Below are positions 17,601-26,138 of a stretch of 64,000 nt of DNA, piece after piece. The notes beneath the pieces were generated by a model that worked only from the letters and a program-made list of their open reading frames with translations, made no database searches and was not told the DNA's origin. This DNA is from a candidate division WOR-3 bacterium. Lineage in GTDB: Bacteria; Hydrothermota; UBA3072. Location of the stretch: NCBI GenBank assembly GCA_023131835.1, contig JAGLZA010000024.1:2377-66376 (forward strand). The letters run 5' to 3'. Each line of letters opens with the position of its first letter. Position 1 is the stretch's first letter. Position numbers and translations under genes: made by a program.

Positions 17601-19259
17601 ACCATATGTAAAGTTATGTGTTCCATTATAGACTTGTTCGTTTGGTATTGCAAATATTGCTGAACCATTCACCAATTGTATCCATTCTCCATCTGAAGTA
17701 TTAAATGATTCAGTTGTAGTTAGAGTGCCATATGTAGATGAACCACCAGCGTTTACTTGAATTGGAACATCTGTATAAAATGACATTTCTTCACTTGTTA
17801 CTGGATCAAGAAACTCGTAATAACCATTCGCGTCAGTAGTGTCTTTGTACCATTGATTGTTATGATACATACTAACACTCATGTTAGATAGTGTTGTGCC
17901 ATCTACTAAGTTAAGAGGGTTGGTAGCATCATAGCATGTTCCTCGTATAAACACTGCATCAGTCATATATGTATAAGCATATGCTAAGTCAACTATATCT
18001 GTTGGAGGCGACATGTCAATATTAGGTTCTGTATCTTTAACCAAAACTGCAAATGCTGTCCCTACATCCCACGTAATGGTTGAGGTGAAATTGACATATC
18101 CATCCTCTGTAAATACTTCCTGTTCGCCTACTTGCTCGTAGCTACTATCAAATATTCGTACGTAATAATCATTGGCACCAAAATCAGGGGTATCAATATG
18201 ATATGATATATCTACAGTGCTTCCAATTGCGTACTCAGTTAATGCAAAATCAATCCAACTAGCTTGACCTAATTCTTTGAAGAATAACCAATCAGTTGCA
18301 ATTGGCTCTTCTTCAGTACTTTTATATAATTGAAATGAGTATAATCCATAATGGTCAGTTTGAAATAGTTTTGTCCAATTATAAACCACAAATCCAGTAG
18401 GTTTTTGTGTAGCATTTCCTGCGTCTTTTACAATTGTTGTGTTGTAATATTCATCGTACGTTAATCGTTTTACTTTTATTGTATATTCTGCAGCAGTGTA
18501 AGAGGCTTCTGGGATGGTTTTAACTGCCCAGGAAATATCTAATTCGTCATTATCTAATTCTGTTATTGTGTGATTTCTGAACGTTCCAGTACTACAAGGT
18601 TCTGCTCCTATTCCTATTATTCCTGAAGATGTCGTTATATCATCAATATGAAAGTCCCACGCACCCCAAATGTAACCATTTGCTTTAATTCTCATATAAT
18701 AAGGAGTCGCTTCACATACTCCAATATTACCCCTATTAATTCCATTAATATATAAGTATACATTACCGCCTTCATAAATCAATTCCCAACGGCTGTTGGA
18801 ATACGAGACAGCATAATCTCTCATATCATCACTAATAAAGATCTGATTGCTTTCTTTATCATAGAAATATATATATAAATGTGAGGATGTAGTAAAATCG
18901 GTATCACGAAAAGTAAATGCCCAGTAATCACTAATAGTGGGTTTAATATTGGTTATATTTGCATAAGGATAATTCGAACCAACCGCATACATACGTATTG
19001 AACTTGAATAAGAATACCCACCTGATGGGGTTATGATTGATGCAATAGAACCTGATGCACTAAATAACCATAAATCCGTTAAATCATCTACATCACCAAA
19101 CCCATCCCCATCCATATCCCAATGATTCTGCACAGTATCTTCAAATCCAGCAGCTCCACTAACCAATACCAAACATACTAATATTCCAACAACTATTGCT
19201 AACTTCATACTACAATTTCTGATTTTATTATTACTCGTTGTTGTAGTGAGTATATTCAT
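14694..19259 (-). CDS. Giant (1521 aa) secreted N-glycosylated surface/adhesin-like protein with a multi-TM C-terminal anchor.
   Basis: Signal/TM at KLAIVVGILVCLVLVSGAAG. A calcium-site-like HWDMDGDGFGDVDD follows. Sequons are dense. CarbopepD_reg-like segments include GTCYDATNPL...TDANGYYEF. The C-terminus has several TM helices. Confidence 0.85.
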   Translation of the reverse strand: MNILTTTTSNNKIRNCSMKLAIVVGILVCLVLVSGAAGFEDTVQNHWDMDGDGFGDVDDLTDLWLFSASGSIASIITPSGGYSYSSSIRMYAVGSNYPYANITNIKPTISDYWAFTFRDTDFTTSSHLYIYFYDKESNQIFISDDMRDYAVSYSNSRWELIYEGGNVYLYINGINRGNIGVCEATPYYMRIKANGYIWGAWDFHIDDITTSSGIIGIGAEPCSTGTFRNHTITELDNDELDISWAVKTIPEASYTAAEYTIKVKRLTYDEYYNTTIVKDAGNATQKPTGFVVYNWTKLFQTDHYGLYSFQLYKSTEEEPIATDWLFFKELGQASWIDFALTEYAIGSTVDISYHIDTPDFGANDYYVRIFDSSYEQVGEQEVFTEDGYVNFTSTITWDVGTAFAVLVKDTEPNIDMSPPTDIVDLAYAYTYMTDAVFIRGTCYDATNPLNLVDGTTLSNMSVSMYHNNQWYKDTTDANGYYEFLDPVTSEEMSFYTDVPIQVNAGGSSTYGTLTTTESFNTSDGEWIQLVNGSAIFAIPNEQVYNGTHNFTYGIDYVIDYSNVKIKRVSTGTMELNTSYTITYTYEYTSGSGVSITYQHNNYTTEIIRSGTYDINLYLYPSHRDSETRKSSIAGVVLDTPLYQPVSYATVHIANDTWSDTTLSNTWGYYIFDYPDGLGDSSYNLYATRTGFGRSPSESVRAHDAIHILDNCDVANFYNTTLDKCDSLTNNGYWGNASIFNDSFDSGTCNSSWVQLNHVDLRSSSETVTNITTTFVKDTDYKINYTDGKIQIICTGSMENDTNYNISYQYKIGNPNLVDTDFIEGTGALNSTGDNTIDFMKTFITPIDSKVSKVHGLLYFYSQILNKANISSTNITITIGSNGDNSTNTIAWEVNKDVFETYWNMTALLLSEGTEVGTCNLSEINYFEWKSTKSGSVTTKIDDLHFIMWVGWDTNCLDLSADTTNKKEGTASIYGEGAGGSGYEDGYLAKYFLSPIDASDISKTGELSRIEFWEKPYITSLDYVLVSKKEEYNYTVDYENYSGGDYGYMYWDNVSVGTDWNLRRLYFVDAYDNNFTTDGLEWFEIMFGSQTFDSNYKRWIDNIQVVERGRTYHNILMSEYFSLTIDVKDLETYNIITSFSAVFNKIQSETTNGTIVFRNITYGIYRLQVSTEGYYTHTEYIFIGQDTSQTIYMLEEKEGPALQYPPHLVEFRVQDIYGNPISDVNVIAIGIQISMGSWDWLWEFLGFTPDGSDTLRNTTMNGTTDSTGSITFLMVETIKYTMTFTKGSDVNETLTIYPKEERYIVIVGRTGFFDVEPQLFGEQIKWNFTMEKNDTHAFLNFTYNNTISGTSSPGSYYVYTVNKTTGIEKLNLSNFTYCCGPVNIDDNVWNYSCPIHKDDYRGETYIMRFNVTHTTAGEFGESVSVFFRYNHPLISFAGWEDHPGYYQLLSVGLLIFGGLLFSGTTLKIGAVLLPLGGWILFGIGWFSPTDNLITGAILLGIATALGIAVFITTTGREKNLAS

Positions 19260-19264
19260 TCCTA

Positions 19265-20041
19265 TTATTTCTTATGCAAAGGATAATGTTTTGGTCTAGG
19301 ATGAAAAACAGGTTTTTTAACAGGGAATTTGGTAACCAGTTTAGTAGGTTTTTTAGTGGGTAATTTAGCAGGTGGTTTATAAGATACTTTTGCTTTAATT
19401 ATTGCTTTCTTTTCTCTTAACATAATTGGTTTCGGTTTTGGTTTTTTAACTTCCTTAGGTTTTACTTTCTGCTCCACTATCTTCGCTCTTTTCATTATTT
19501 GTTTAAGTGCATGTGTTTTCGCTATTCCCTCAACTTGCCATCTACCTGTCTCTCTTATAACAAGTCGGCGTTGCGGCTTTTCGAGATAACCCCAATTATG
19601 GGAAATAAAATTATATTCCCTATCCTCTAATTTTCTGTAGCCTACTGCTTCTATCTTTGAAAAAATAAATTCTTGTCTTGTGCTTGGAGACATAACATTC
19701 CAATACATATTGACCCAATGTGTAATTGGTTTTTTTTCTTGGAGACTTTTGTATTGTTGTTGTAATGACCGTGCATATTTCCCTTCTGGATATTTCATAC
19801 CTGCTGTACTATATGTTCCTCGTAGTTTTGCTTGCTCAGCAGGAGAATAAAAGTCCCATTTACTGAGTGTTCCACTAAACCCTGAACTACGTAGTGCATT
19901 TAATATAGCTTTACTTATCTGTTTACTGGATTCTACTTCGTACGACGGAACGCTTTTCCATCCTCCATAATCTCCTACTTGTATCCATTCCTTCCTTAAA
20001 ATACCTCTTCCTCGTGGATAAACCACAGATACTCTACCCAT
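19265..20041 (-). CDS. Hypothetical protein with a lysine/proline-rich basic C-terminal tail (258 aa), co-transcribed with the 1521-aa gene.
   Basis: ORF ends 5 nt before the giant gene's start. The tail reads KPKEVKKPKPKP...KKPTKLVTKFPVKKP. Confidence 0.55.
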   Translation of the reverse strand: MGRVSVVYPRGRGILRKEWIQVGDYGGWKSVPSYEVESSKQISKAILNALRSSGFSGTLSKWDFYSPAEQAKLRGTYSTAGMKYPEGKYARSLQQQYKSLQEKKPITHWVNMYWNVMSPSTRQEFIFSKIEAVGYRKLEDREYNFISHNWGYLEKPQRRLVIRETGRWQVEGIAKTHALKQIMKRAKIVEQKVKPKEVKKPKPKPIMLREKKAIIKAKVSYKPPAKLPTKKPTKLVTKFPVKKPVFHPRPKHYPLHKK

Positions 20042-20071
20042 TTTTTTTTTCTTTTCCTCCTAAATTTTTAC

Positions 20072-20431
20072 CTATACTGCAACTATCCAATGACTAAAAT
20101 ACTTCTCAAAATGGTCTCTACCTATCTTCGAGCCGATTCTATGGTACGATTTACACTTTCTACAATAATATTTGCTTTCTGCTTTAACATCTAACGGTAT
20201 TCTTCTTTTTTTCATTTCATTTTGCCTCTTACTTACTTTCTCCGCTCTTATTATCGCTTCTAATTCGATTTCCGGTAAGATACGTTTATACTGCCGTTCC
20301 ATCTTTCTTCGCATTGCACCAATCTCCCTTTCAGTTACTATCATATTTCCTACTTCAGGGACTTTTGATAATTGTTCATAGATAGTACTATGACTTGTTC
20401 TTGATTTTCTTTTTGTTTTCTTTTTTATCAT
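20072..20431 (-). CDS. Basic hypothetical protein (119 aa) with CxxC pairs.
   Basis: ORF from the track. The AGGAGGTC RBS lies in the palindrome GACCTCCTAAATAAGAGGT. Confidence 0.45.
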   Translation of the reverse strand: MIKKKTKRKSRTSHSTIYEQLSKVPEVGNMIVTEREIGAMRRKMERQYKRILPEIELEAIIRAEKVSKRQNEMKKRRIPLDVKAESKYYCRKCKSYHRIGSKIGRDHFEKYFSHWIVAV

Positions 20432-20554
20432 TTATACGAGAAGACCTCCTAAATAAGAGGTAGAAACATCGGTTTCACAACATATGCATCCTGATTACAT
20501 GTTTACCCTTATCCACCATGGTACAAGCGTAAACCCCAAAAGAAAGAATGATTG

Positions 20555-21019
20555 TCACTCTTCTTCTAAGGCTTCTTCCTTTTCTGGCGGTGTTTCACCC
20601 TTGTTCAAATACACACCTACCAAGTTAGTTATTAACTCGACACCCGTATCTATTGCATCCGCCTCCGCACCTGTTAGTTCAAACCGTTTAAGATTGTTTA
20701 GTAATGCAGCTTGTCCTGAAAGACTATATATAGCTTCTTCTAACGAAGGTTCTACAGGTTCTTCTTCATCTAAGGGTTTTTTTACCTCTTCTACTTCCTT
20801 AACTGGTGGTTTTTCACCTTTATGCTCTTTTCTAATATGCCATGATAATTTCTGAGCATTTTTAAATGGTTCACCACAGAAACCACAAACGTATTCTTTT
20901 ACTTTTGGTTCTTCCACCTCAACATCTTCTCCTTTTAAGTACGCTTTTTCTTTTTGCTTGATTTTTTCTTCTAATAACTCGTCTTCTGTCTTAATCTTAC
21001 GTCTACCTCTTATTTTCAT
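20555..21019 (-). CDS. C2H2-type zinc-finger protein with acidic flanks (154 aa).
   Basis: YVCGFCGEPFKNAQKLSWHIRKEHKGEKP is a canonical C-x2-C-x12-H-x4-H finger. Confidence 0.6.
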   Translation of the reverse strand: MKIRGRRKIKTEDELLEEKIKQKEKAYLKGEDVEVEEPKVKEYVCGFCGEPFKNAQKLSWHIRKEHKGEKPPVKEVEEVKKPLDEEEPVEPSLEEAIYSLSGQAALLNNLKRFELTGAEADAIDTGVELITNLVGVYLNKGETPPEKEEALEEE

Positions 21020-21026
21020 ACTCTTT

Positions 21027-21185
21027 TTACCTTCTTTTCCTCTTCTTTTTTGGTACTAACTCCTTAGCACTTTTTGCTATATCTCCTAATCCCTCTCCTA
21101 CACCTTTGCTTAGCTCCTCTGGTGTATAGTCCTTATCAATTCCTACTTTCAATTTTCCAAAGATATTTTTTTGCTTTTTTTTCAT
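21027..21185 (-). CDS. Small basic protein (52 aa).
   Basis: Hand translation gives MKKKQKNIFGKLKVGIDKDYTPEELSKGVGEGLGDIAKSAKELVPKKKRKRR. Below the track's size threshold. Confidence 0.3.
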   Translation of the reverse strand: MKKKQKNIFGKLKVGIDKDYTPEELSKGVGEGLGDIAKSAKELVPKKKRKRR

Positions 21186-21248
21186 GTTTTATGCCTCCAT
21201 TTTTAATTTAGTTCTATACGTATATAAACTTTTTTGTTCAAAGGGTCA

Positions 21249-21386
21249 CTATCTCCTTAGCTTCCTTTCTCTCCTCATCTTATACTCACTAACCGCTTCT
21301 TCCTCGCTTTCCCAAATCCCCATCTCTACTTCTCTCCTTAGATCACTTAAGATCTCTCCTATGCTTTTTTCTAAAACACTTCTCAT
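21249..21386 (-). CDS. Small charged protein (45 aa; the track ORF 21249..21518 is over-extended into the upstream gene).
   Basis: AGGAGA lies 7 nt before an internal ATG. The start falls just after the stop of the 270-aa gene. Confidence 0.3.
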   Translation of the reverse strand: MRSVLEKSIGEILSDLRREVEMGIWESEEEAVSEYKMRRERKLRR

Positions 21387-21396
21387 TTTTCGTCTC

Positions 21397-22209
21397 CTAC
21401 CATCTAACATCCGGCATCTGTACATCTGGCATCTTAGTCCCGATTTTAGCCTCTGTCTTTCTCTTAGTTGGTTTAATGGTACGTAGAGTACCTGAAAGCA
21501 CATCCATTCCTGTACCACCCAAACTGATATCAGGTAGCTTCACATCTGGTGTTCTGGTTTTAATTCTTGATCTCGCTGTCTCTTTAAGTATACCTTTGCC
21601 GTGTTTACCTGCTTTTTTTATTGTTTCTTTTACGTCTTCACCAAATTCTGATACATCTACAGTCCCTCCTAATAGTCCTCCTAATAATGGTTTTCGTCTC
21701 TCAAATTTAGCTCGTGCCTTTTCACGTCCACGTTCCTCTATTTGTTCTTTTGCTTCTTCTAGATAGGCTTCATGTTCAGCTTCTCTAAGAGTTTTGCGTT
21801 CTTCTCTGACTTCTTCACCTGCAATTCCCTTAACTAAACGTTCTTTAGCTTCTCCAACTTCACCTTTGACTCTTGTTTTGATGGCACCGCTTATTTCACT
21901 TACTAAACCATCACGTTCTAACTTACGTGGCTTGCGTGGTTTATAATCCAATATACTTGGGTCAGTCTTTTTCTGTAAAACATCCTCTAATATACCGTCA
22001 CGTTTTTTACGTTTGTAATCTATCATGCTCGGTTTGAATCTTCTTTTTATTGCACCACCTAAATCACCGAAAAAACCATCGCGGGTTGGATCCAAAGGAC
22101 GACAATCAAGGATATTTGGTACTCCATCGTTGTCAGTATCAAAAAATGGATCGTATGAGAGGGCTTTTTGTATACGATCTTTTTTTCTTTTTGTCATATT
22201 TTTTTTCAC
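21397..22209 (-). CDS. Highly charged, probably disordered protein with an N-terminal thrombospondin-type-3-like calcium-binding motif (270 aa).
   Basis: The N-terminus MTKRKKDRIQKALSYDPFFDTDNDGVPNILDCRPLDPTRDG matches DxDxDGxxNxxDCxP. The same N-terminal module opens the 1211-aa protein at 26139..29774. It is preceded by the conserved leader AAAGAAATAGGAGGTGAAAAA. Confidence 0.6.
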   Translation of the reverse strand: MKKNMTKRKKDRIQKALSYDPFFDTDNDGVPNILDCRPLDPTRDGFFGDLGGAIKRRFKPSMIDYKRKKRDGILEDVLQKKTDPSILDYKPRKPRKLERDGLVSEISGAIKTRVKGEVGEAKERLVKGIAGEEVREERKTLREAEHEAYLEEAKEQIEERGREKARAKFERRKPLLGGLLGGTVDVSEFGEDVKETIKKAGKHGKGILKETARSRIKTRTPDVKLPDISLGGTGMDVLSGTLRTIKPTKRKTEAKIGTKMPDVQMPDVRW

Positions 22210-22229
22210 CTCCTATTTCTTTTTAATTA
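22203..22229 (-). promoter_or_regulatory. Conserved extended leader/RBS element (AAAGAAATAGGAGGTGAAAAA on the coding strand), copy 1.
   Basis: A near-identical ~22-nt motif recurs upstream of at least three consecutive genes. Degenerate copies (..CCTCCTAT..) lie upstream of many others. Confidence 0.5.
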
Positions 22230-22380
22230 TTTTCGCAACTGCATTAAATGCTTCATTCCACTTTTTGTCTGCTTTACCAAAACTACTTTCAATGATTTTA
22301 TTTCCACTCGTCATCTCTATCACTACTTCACCATTTGCAAATCTTTTCAATGTTACCCTAAATGTTGATGTTTTTACCAT
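22228..22380 (-). CDS. Small protein (50 aa).
   Basis: Hand translation gives MVKTSTFRVTLKRFANGEVVIEMTSGNKIIESSFGKADKKGMKHLMQLRK. Preceded by the conserved leader motif. Confidence 0.35.
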
Positions 22381-22411
22381 GTTTTTCACCTCCTATTTCT
22401 TTTTTACTGTC
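22381..22411 (-). promoter_or_regulatory. Conserved extended leader/RBS element, copy 2.
   Basis: GTTTTTCACCTCCTATTTCTTTTTT on the plus strand. Confidence 0.5.
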
Positions 22412-22426
22412 TTTTTTTTTCACTTT

Positions 22427-22600
22427 CTAAAAACGTACTATCTTCTTTTGTCCTGCACTTTCTACTTCATACACTGGTGTCAACTGCTCAATATAATTAG
22501 TTTTTAATTTTTGAGCTATGTAATCAACTATCTCTTTTCTGTCTTTCTTTGTCGCTTGCGATATATACGGAAATACTATACTTATTTTTACTCCAACCAT
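22427..22600 (-). CDS. Small protein (57 aa).
   Basis: Hand translation gives MVGVKISIVFPYISQATKKDRKEIVDYIAQKLKTNYIEQLTPVYEVESAGQKKIVRF. Preceded by the conserved leader motif. Confidence 0.35.
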   Translation of the reverse strand: MVGVKISIVFPYISQATKKDRKEIVDYIAQKLKTNYIEQLTPVYEVESAGQKKIVRF

Positions 22601-22629
22601 GTTTTTTCACCTCCTATTTCTTTTTACTC
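22601..22629 (-). promoter_or_regulatory. Conserved extended leader/RBS element, copy 3.
   Basis: GTTTTTTCACCTCCTATTTCTTTTTAC on the plus strand. Confidence 0.5.
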
Positions 22630-23216
22630 TTCTTTTGTATACCCATAAGACCTAACACATTATCTAAAGCATTGTTTTGTCCACCATTGGTTGCCATTGG
22701 ATTGATACCTACCTGCACATCTTTAGTCTTCTGTTTCTTTTTTAGCTCTGCTAATTCCTGTCCTAATTTAACCTGTTCTATCTCGTCCTTTAGCTCCACT
22801 TTGGTCTTCTTCTTTGATTGTTTAGATGTACCAATCAAGGAAGAAAGGTTCTTACCTATCTGGCTTAGTTGGTTACGGCGTGTCTTAACCGCTTTTAGTT
22901 GGTCTTCTGTTAGTTTTGGTTTGTGCTTTTTGATACCATGAGCTTTTTGTTTGCCTCGTTCTTTAGCTTTCTCGATGGATCGTACGTGGTGTTTTGCTTT
23001 GAGTTCTGCATATTCCGCTTCGTACGCTTCACGCTCTATTTGTTTCAGTTTTCTGCGTTCTTCTAATCGTGTGTTAAATAGGGTTGCTTTGGCTTTGCAG
23101 AAGTTGATTAGACGGGATTTTAGTTTGGAAATTGAATACTCTAAATCCCAAATTATTTCCCTAGGGTTTCTTCTGTAGTTTGCTAATACACTGCTTTCTT
23201 TTATTGTTTTTGACAT
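22614..23216 (-). CDS. Lysine-rich coiled-coil-like hypothetical protein (200 aa).
   Basis: ORF from the track. Heptad-like K/E-rich sequence. Confidence 0.5.
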   Translation of the reverse strand: MSKTIKESSVLANYRRNPREIIWDLEYSISKLKSRLINFCKAKATLFNTRLEERRKLKQIEREAYEAEYAELKAKHHVRSIEKAKERGKQKAHGIKKHKPKLTEDQLKAVKTRRNQLSQIGKNLSSLIGTSKQSKKKTKVELKDEIEQVKLGQELAELKKKQKTKDVQVGINPMATNGGQNNALDNVLGLMGIQKKSKKK

Positions 23217-23218
23217 AT

Positions 23219-23554
23219 TTACTTAAAAACATACAAAGGTACACTCTTATCACCAATAAACTTTATTAGTCTTTTTGGATCTACCGATGCTGTTATGTAT
23301 TTCACATTTGCTATTAAACCTTGTGTTTGATCATGGTATAAATTATATCTATTATTAGGTTGTCCATATCCTTTTGTCCCTGAACCCGCTATTAAGATAT
23401 AACCCTTACCTTTTGCTGTTCTTTTTTCGACTAAATTATATATCGTTCCATCTCTTTTCCATCCACTAACAAACTCGTTATTTTCTGGGTTTGATAGTTT
23501 TACTCTTGATTGTGTTGGTAAAACAAACCAATCATTCTTTCCATATCTTCTCAT
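23219..23554 (-). CDS. Hypothetical protein (111 aa).
   Basis: ORF from the track, tightly packed. Confidence 0.45.
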   Translation of the reverse strand: MRRYGKNDWFVLPTQSRVKLSNPENNEFVSGWKRDGTIYNLVEKRTAKGKGYILIAGSGTKGYGQPNNRYNLYHDQTQGLIANVKYITASVDPKRLIKFIGDKSVPLYVFK

Positions 23555-23581
23555 TTTTCTTATTTATCTCCTATTCTTTGT

Positions 23582-23887
23582 TCAATTATAATTAACATAC
23601 TCCTTTTTTGACCATTTAATTGTTTTATGTTTCTTCTTTAAAAGATCAACTATCCATCTATATTTTATTGGTACTTTAGACAAACTATATCTTCGTGAGT
23701 AACTCCTGTCAAACGAACCTACGATATAACTACTTCCAGAATATACCTCAACACCTTCGCTTTTTTTGTCGTTATCCCTTAAAGTATAGTATATGATCTC
23801 TTTTGTTTTTCTGTCTTCCTTTATTTTAGTTGATACTGCCTTATAATCCCAATTGGGATATCTCCTATGATATTTTTTGTATTCCAT
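23582..23887 (-). CDS. Hypothetical basic protein (101 aa).
   Basis: ORF from the track. The leader motif TTTTACCTCCTATTTCC lies upstream. Confidence 0.45.
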   Translation of the reverse strand: MEYKKYHRRYPNWDYKAVSTKIKEDRKTKEIIYYTLRDNDKKSEGVEVYSGSSYIVGSFDRSYSRRYSLSKVPIKYRWIVDLLKKKHKTIKWSKKEYVNYN

Positions 23888-23895
23888 TTTCTTTT

Positions 23896-24159
23896 TTACC
23901 TCCTATTTCCTCTCCTTTGTTTTTCTAATGCTTTTTTGATACTTGCTTGGCTCCTAAGTTCTGGTGACAATGCTTTAGAATATTTCTTACGTACTTCAAC
24001 GTATCTTGCTTCGTATTCGGCTTCTGCATAGGATACTAACTGATCTATTTCTTTTCTTAGGTCTCTGAAGTTTGCAGGTGCCATAAAGTATGCGTTTTTC
24101 TTTTCCATTATTCCTTTTATTTTAGATTTTATTTCAGCTTTGCTTTTTGTTAATACCAT
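23896..24159 (-). CDS. Hypothetical basic protein (87 aa).
   Basis: ORF from the track. GGAGGTAAAAA lies immediately upstream. Confidence 0.45.
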   Translation of the reverse strand: MVLTKSKAEIKSKIKGIMEKKNAYFMAPANFRDLRKEIDQLVSYAEAEYEARYVEVRKKYSKALSPELRSQASIKKALEKQRRGNRR

Positions 24160-24169
24160 TTTTTACCTC

Positions 24170-24349
24170 CTATTCTTCATTATTTTCTTCCTCTATAATA
24201 GACACCACAATGGAGGGTTCATCCTCTTCTCCAGCTCGTACTTCTATCTGTTTGGTCTTTATTGGTGCTATCTCTTCCAATTTGCGGTCGCTGCCTCTTA
24301 GTATGCGGGTTAGATACTTATCCACTCTTTTTATTACTTTTTCTGGCAT
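24170..24349 (-). CDS. Small acidic-tailed protein (59 aa), paralog of 30334..30489.
   Basis: Hand translation gives MPEKVIKRVDKYLTRILRGSDRKLEEIAPIKTKQIEVRAGEEDEPSIVVSIIEEENNEE. It shares ...EVRAG(D/E)E.EPSIV... with the 51-aa ORF at 30334. CAGGAGGAAAAATG RBS. Confidence 0.4.
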   Translation of the reverse strand: MPEKVIKRVDKYLTRILRGSDRKLEEIAPIKTKQIEVRAGEEDEPSIVVSIIEEENNEE

Positions 24350-24367
24350 TTTTCCTCCTGTTTTTTG

Positions 24368-24673
24368 TTATTCACCACCTGTCGAATCCCATCCCCTGCG
24401 GATCGCATTAACTACGCTCCAAACAAAAAGTGTAATGAGCATTATTATGGGAAATACCTCGAAAAAAAGATAAGAATCCGCTTGATTTCTGTGCACCTCT
24501 TCCATGTACTTATCTGGATTATCTTGCATATACTGATCCGTAAATTTTGATGTTTCTTCAACCATCGGACTTATACCCATCTGAATAATTGCAAAAAGAA
24601 CAATAGTTACGAAAACTACAAAAACAGAGAATGCAATCGATACTCCTTTTTTGTTTTCTATTAATCCTACCAT
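24368..24673 (-). CDS. Small two-TM membrane protein (101 aa), tandem paralog of 24726..25040.
   Basis: Shared NKKGVSI motif, TM helices at both ends and NPxxxM in the loop. Confidence 0.5.
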   Translation of the reverse strand: MVGLIENKKGVSIAFSVFVVFVTIVLFAIIQMGISPMVEETSKFTDQYMQDNPDKYMEEVHRNQADSYLFFEVFPIIMLITLFVWSVVNAIRRGWDSTGGE

Positions 24674-24725
24674 CTTTTTTTGTTTTTTCGTCTCTTAGTC
24701 CTCCTTTTTTTTCTTTATAATATTT

Positions 24726-25040
24726 TTACCGATAAAAAGTTTTATATTCTTTACGGATACTTGTGATAAATAACCAAATCACCAAACCAAGGCAAATTAT
24801 GAATGTAGAGGCAGAATAAAATTTTAATGAATCATTAAGACTAGTCCTCCATATACCCATATTTTCCGAAGGATTTTCTGCCATATACGAATTAGAGAAC
24901 GATACAACTTCTTGTAATACTGGTCCTAAACTCATATTTATGATTATAATACAGATCAAAAGTAAGAAGGTTATAAAAATTGACAAAACAATTGAAACTC
25001 CTTTTTTATTTTTAATCAATCTTTTTAGTTCCTTTGTCAT
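24726..25040 (-). CDS. Small two-TM membrane protein (104 aa), tandem paralog of 24368..24673.
   Basis: See the preceding feature. Confidence 0.5.
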   Translation of the reverse strand: MTKELKRLIKNKKGVSIVLSIFITFLLLICIIIINMSLGPVLQEVVSFSNSYMAENPSENMGIWRTSLNDSLKFYSASTFIICLGLVIWLFITSIRKEYKTFYR

Positions 25041-25043
25041 TAT

Positions 25044-26114
25044 TTATATCACTCCCTCCTTTCTTAATAGACTTAATACAAACTCTTCACCTTCTGGTCT
25101 CATGATATCACTTTCCCATATAAAAATTACTTTCCATTTATATCTTCTATAATGTTTCTCTCTGTTTTTTAAGTCATCAAAATGAACTCTCTTATTAAAT
25201 AATGCACTATGCCAATAATCACCTAATATTTCTATTACTATTTTCCTACCGTTACATTCTATAAAATCAGGATTTACTAATTTTTCCTTCCCTATCCAGA
25301 GTTGTCCATCTCCTACATACCTAAATGGTAAATTATACTTTTGACAAATTTCTTGAAAAAATAATTCTATATTTGTAGGTTTTCTATTAAGATCACCATT
25401 TTTTAATCTTTTTACTAATGCCTCTCTATTCTTTTGTCTTGTTTCTTTACTACGTTTTTTACCTTTTAATTTCTCACCATATTTTCTTATTCTTATGTCA
25501 GTATATTTAGTCTCTCCCTTATTCCATATCTCTATTTCCCCATTAGCAAACTTTTTTTTCTTTACTTCGCTATTTCTTTCTCCTGAAATCCTTGCTATTT
25601 TTGGATCCTTCATTGGATTATTTTTTTCGTCTTTCCATCTTTCAGATTTTTGTTTTTTTAATTTATCTCCTTCTTCAGTTTGATAAAAATCATTTAAACC
25701 ATTACTAATGTCATTTTTAAGACTATCATCTAAAACCTTTCCTAAATTAATATCTCTTAAATATTCTTTTACCTCTTCTGTATGTTTATGTCCATAAAAA
25801 CCATTATTTTTACCTTTTGTATTATGACCATATATAAATCTATTTCCAGGTTTGGTTACTCTCTGTCCACAACCGCATTCACAAAAAGGTAATACTGGAG
25901 CTGGTTGCTTACCCTCTCTAATCTCTTTATTTATTCTTTGTGTTTCTTTTCCTTTTTGAATCGCTTCTTTAGAAAGTTTTCTACCTCTATTTTGGTGTCC
26001 ATTAATATACCTATTTCCATGTTTTGCCTCTCCTCCACATCCACACTCACATAGTGACATTTTTACATCTCCCAAAAAAATCCTTTTATGTCTTTCATCT
26101 TTTAATAAATACAC
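25044..26114 (-). CDS. Vsr-like endonuclease with N-terminal double zinc ribbon and NUMOD3-like repeats (Vsr-2).
   Basis: CECGCGG...GHQNRGR and CECGCGQ...GH ribbons. NGFYGHKHTEE and YQTEEG repeats. C-terminal IEILGDYWHSALFNKR...KWKVIFIWESDI nuclease core. The gene starts about 25 nt after the 1211-aa gene. Confidence 0.75.
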   Translation of the reverse strand: MYLLKDERHKRIFLGDVKMSLCECGCGGEAKHGNRYINGHQNRGRKLSKEAIQKGKETQRINKEIREGKQPAPVLPFCECGCGQRVTKPGNRFIYGHNTKGKNNGFYGHKHTEEVKEYLRDINLGKVLDDSLKNDISNGLNDFYQTEEGDKLKKQKSERWKDEKNNPMKDPKIARISGERNSEVKKKKFANGEIEIWNKGETKYTDIRIRKYGEKLKGKKRSKETRQKNREALVKRLKNGDLNRKPTNIELFFQEICQKYNLPFRYVGDGQLWIGKEKLVNPDFIECNGRKIVIEILGDYWHSALFNKRVHFDDLKNREKHYRRYKWKVIFIWESDIMRPEGEEFVLSLLRKEGVI

Positions 26115-26138
26115 TTTGATATGTATAAAGGTTTGTCA

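Noticed and set aside
21249-21518. Track ORF of 89 aa overlapping the 3' end of 21397..22209.
   Set aside because: The first ~44 codons overlap the 270-aa gene out of frame. An internal ATG with AGGAGA RBS starts right after that gene's stop (21249..21386).
22025-22941. Plus-strand track ORFs of 130-160 aa (22025..22507, 22549..22941) rich in F/L/S.
   Set aside because: This is a low-complexity translation of the poly-T-rich antisense strand of lysine-rich minus-strand genes. Minus-strand genes with RBSs occupy the region.
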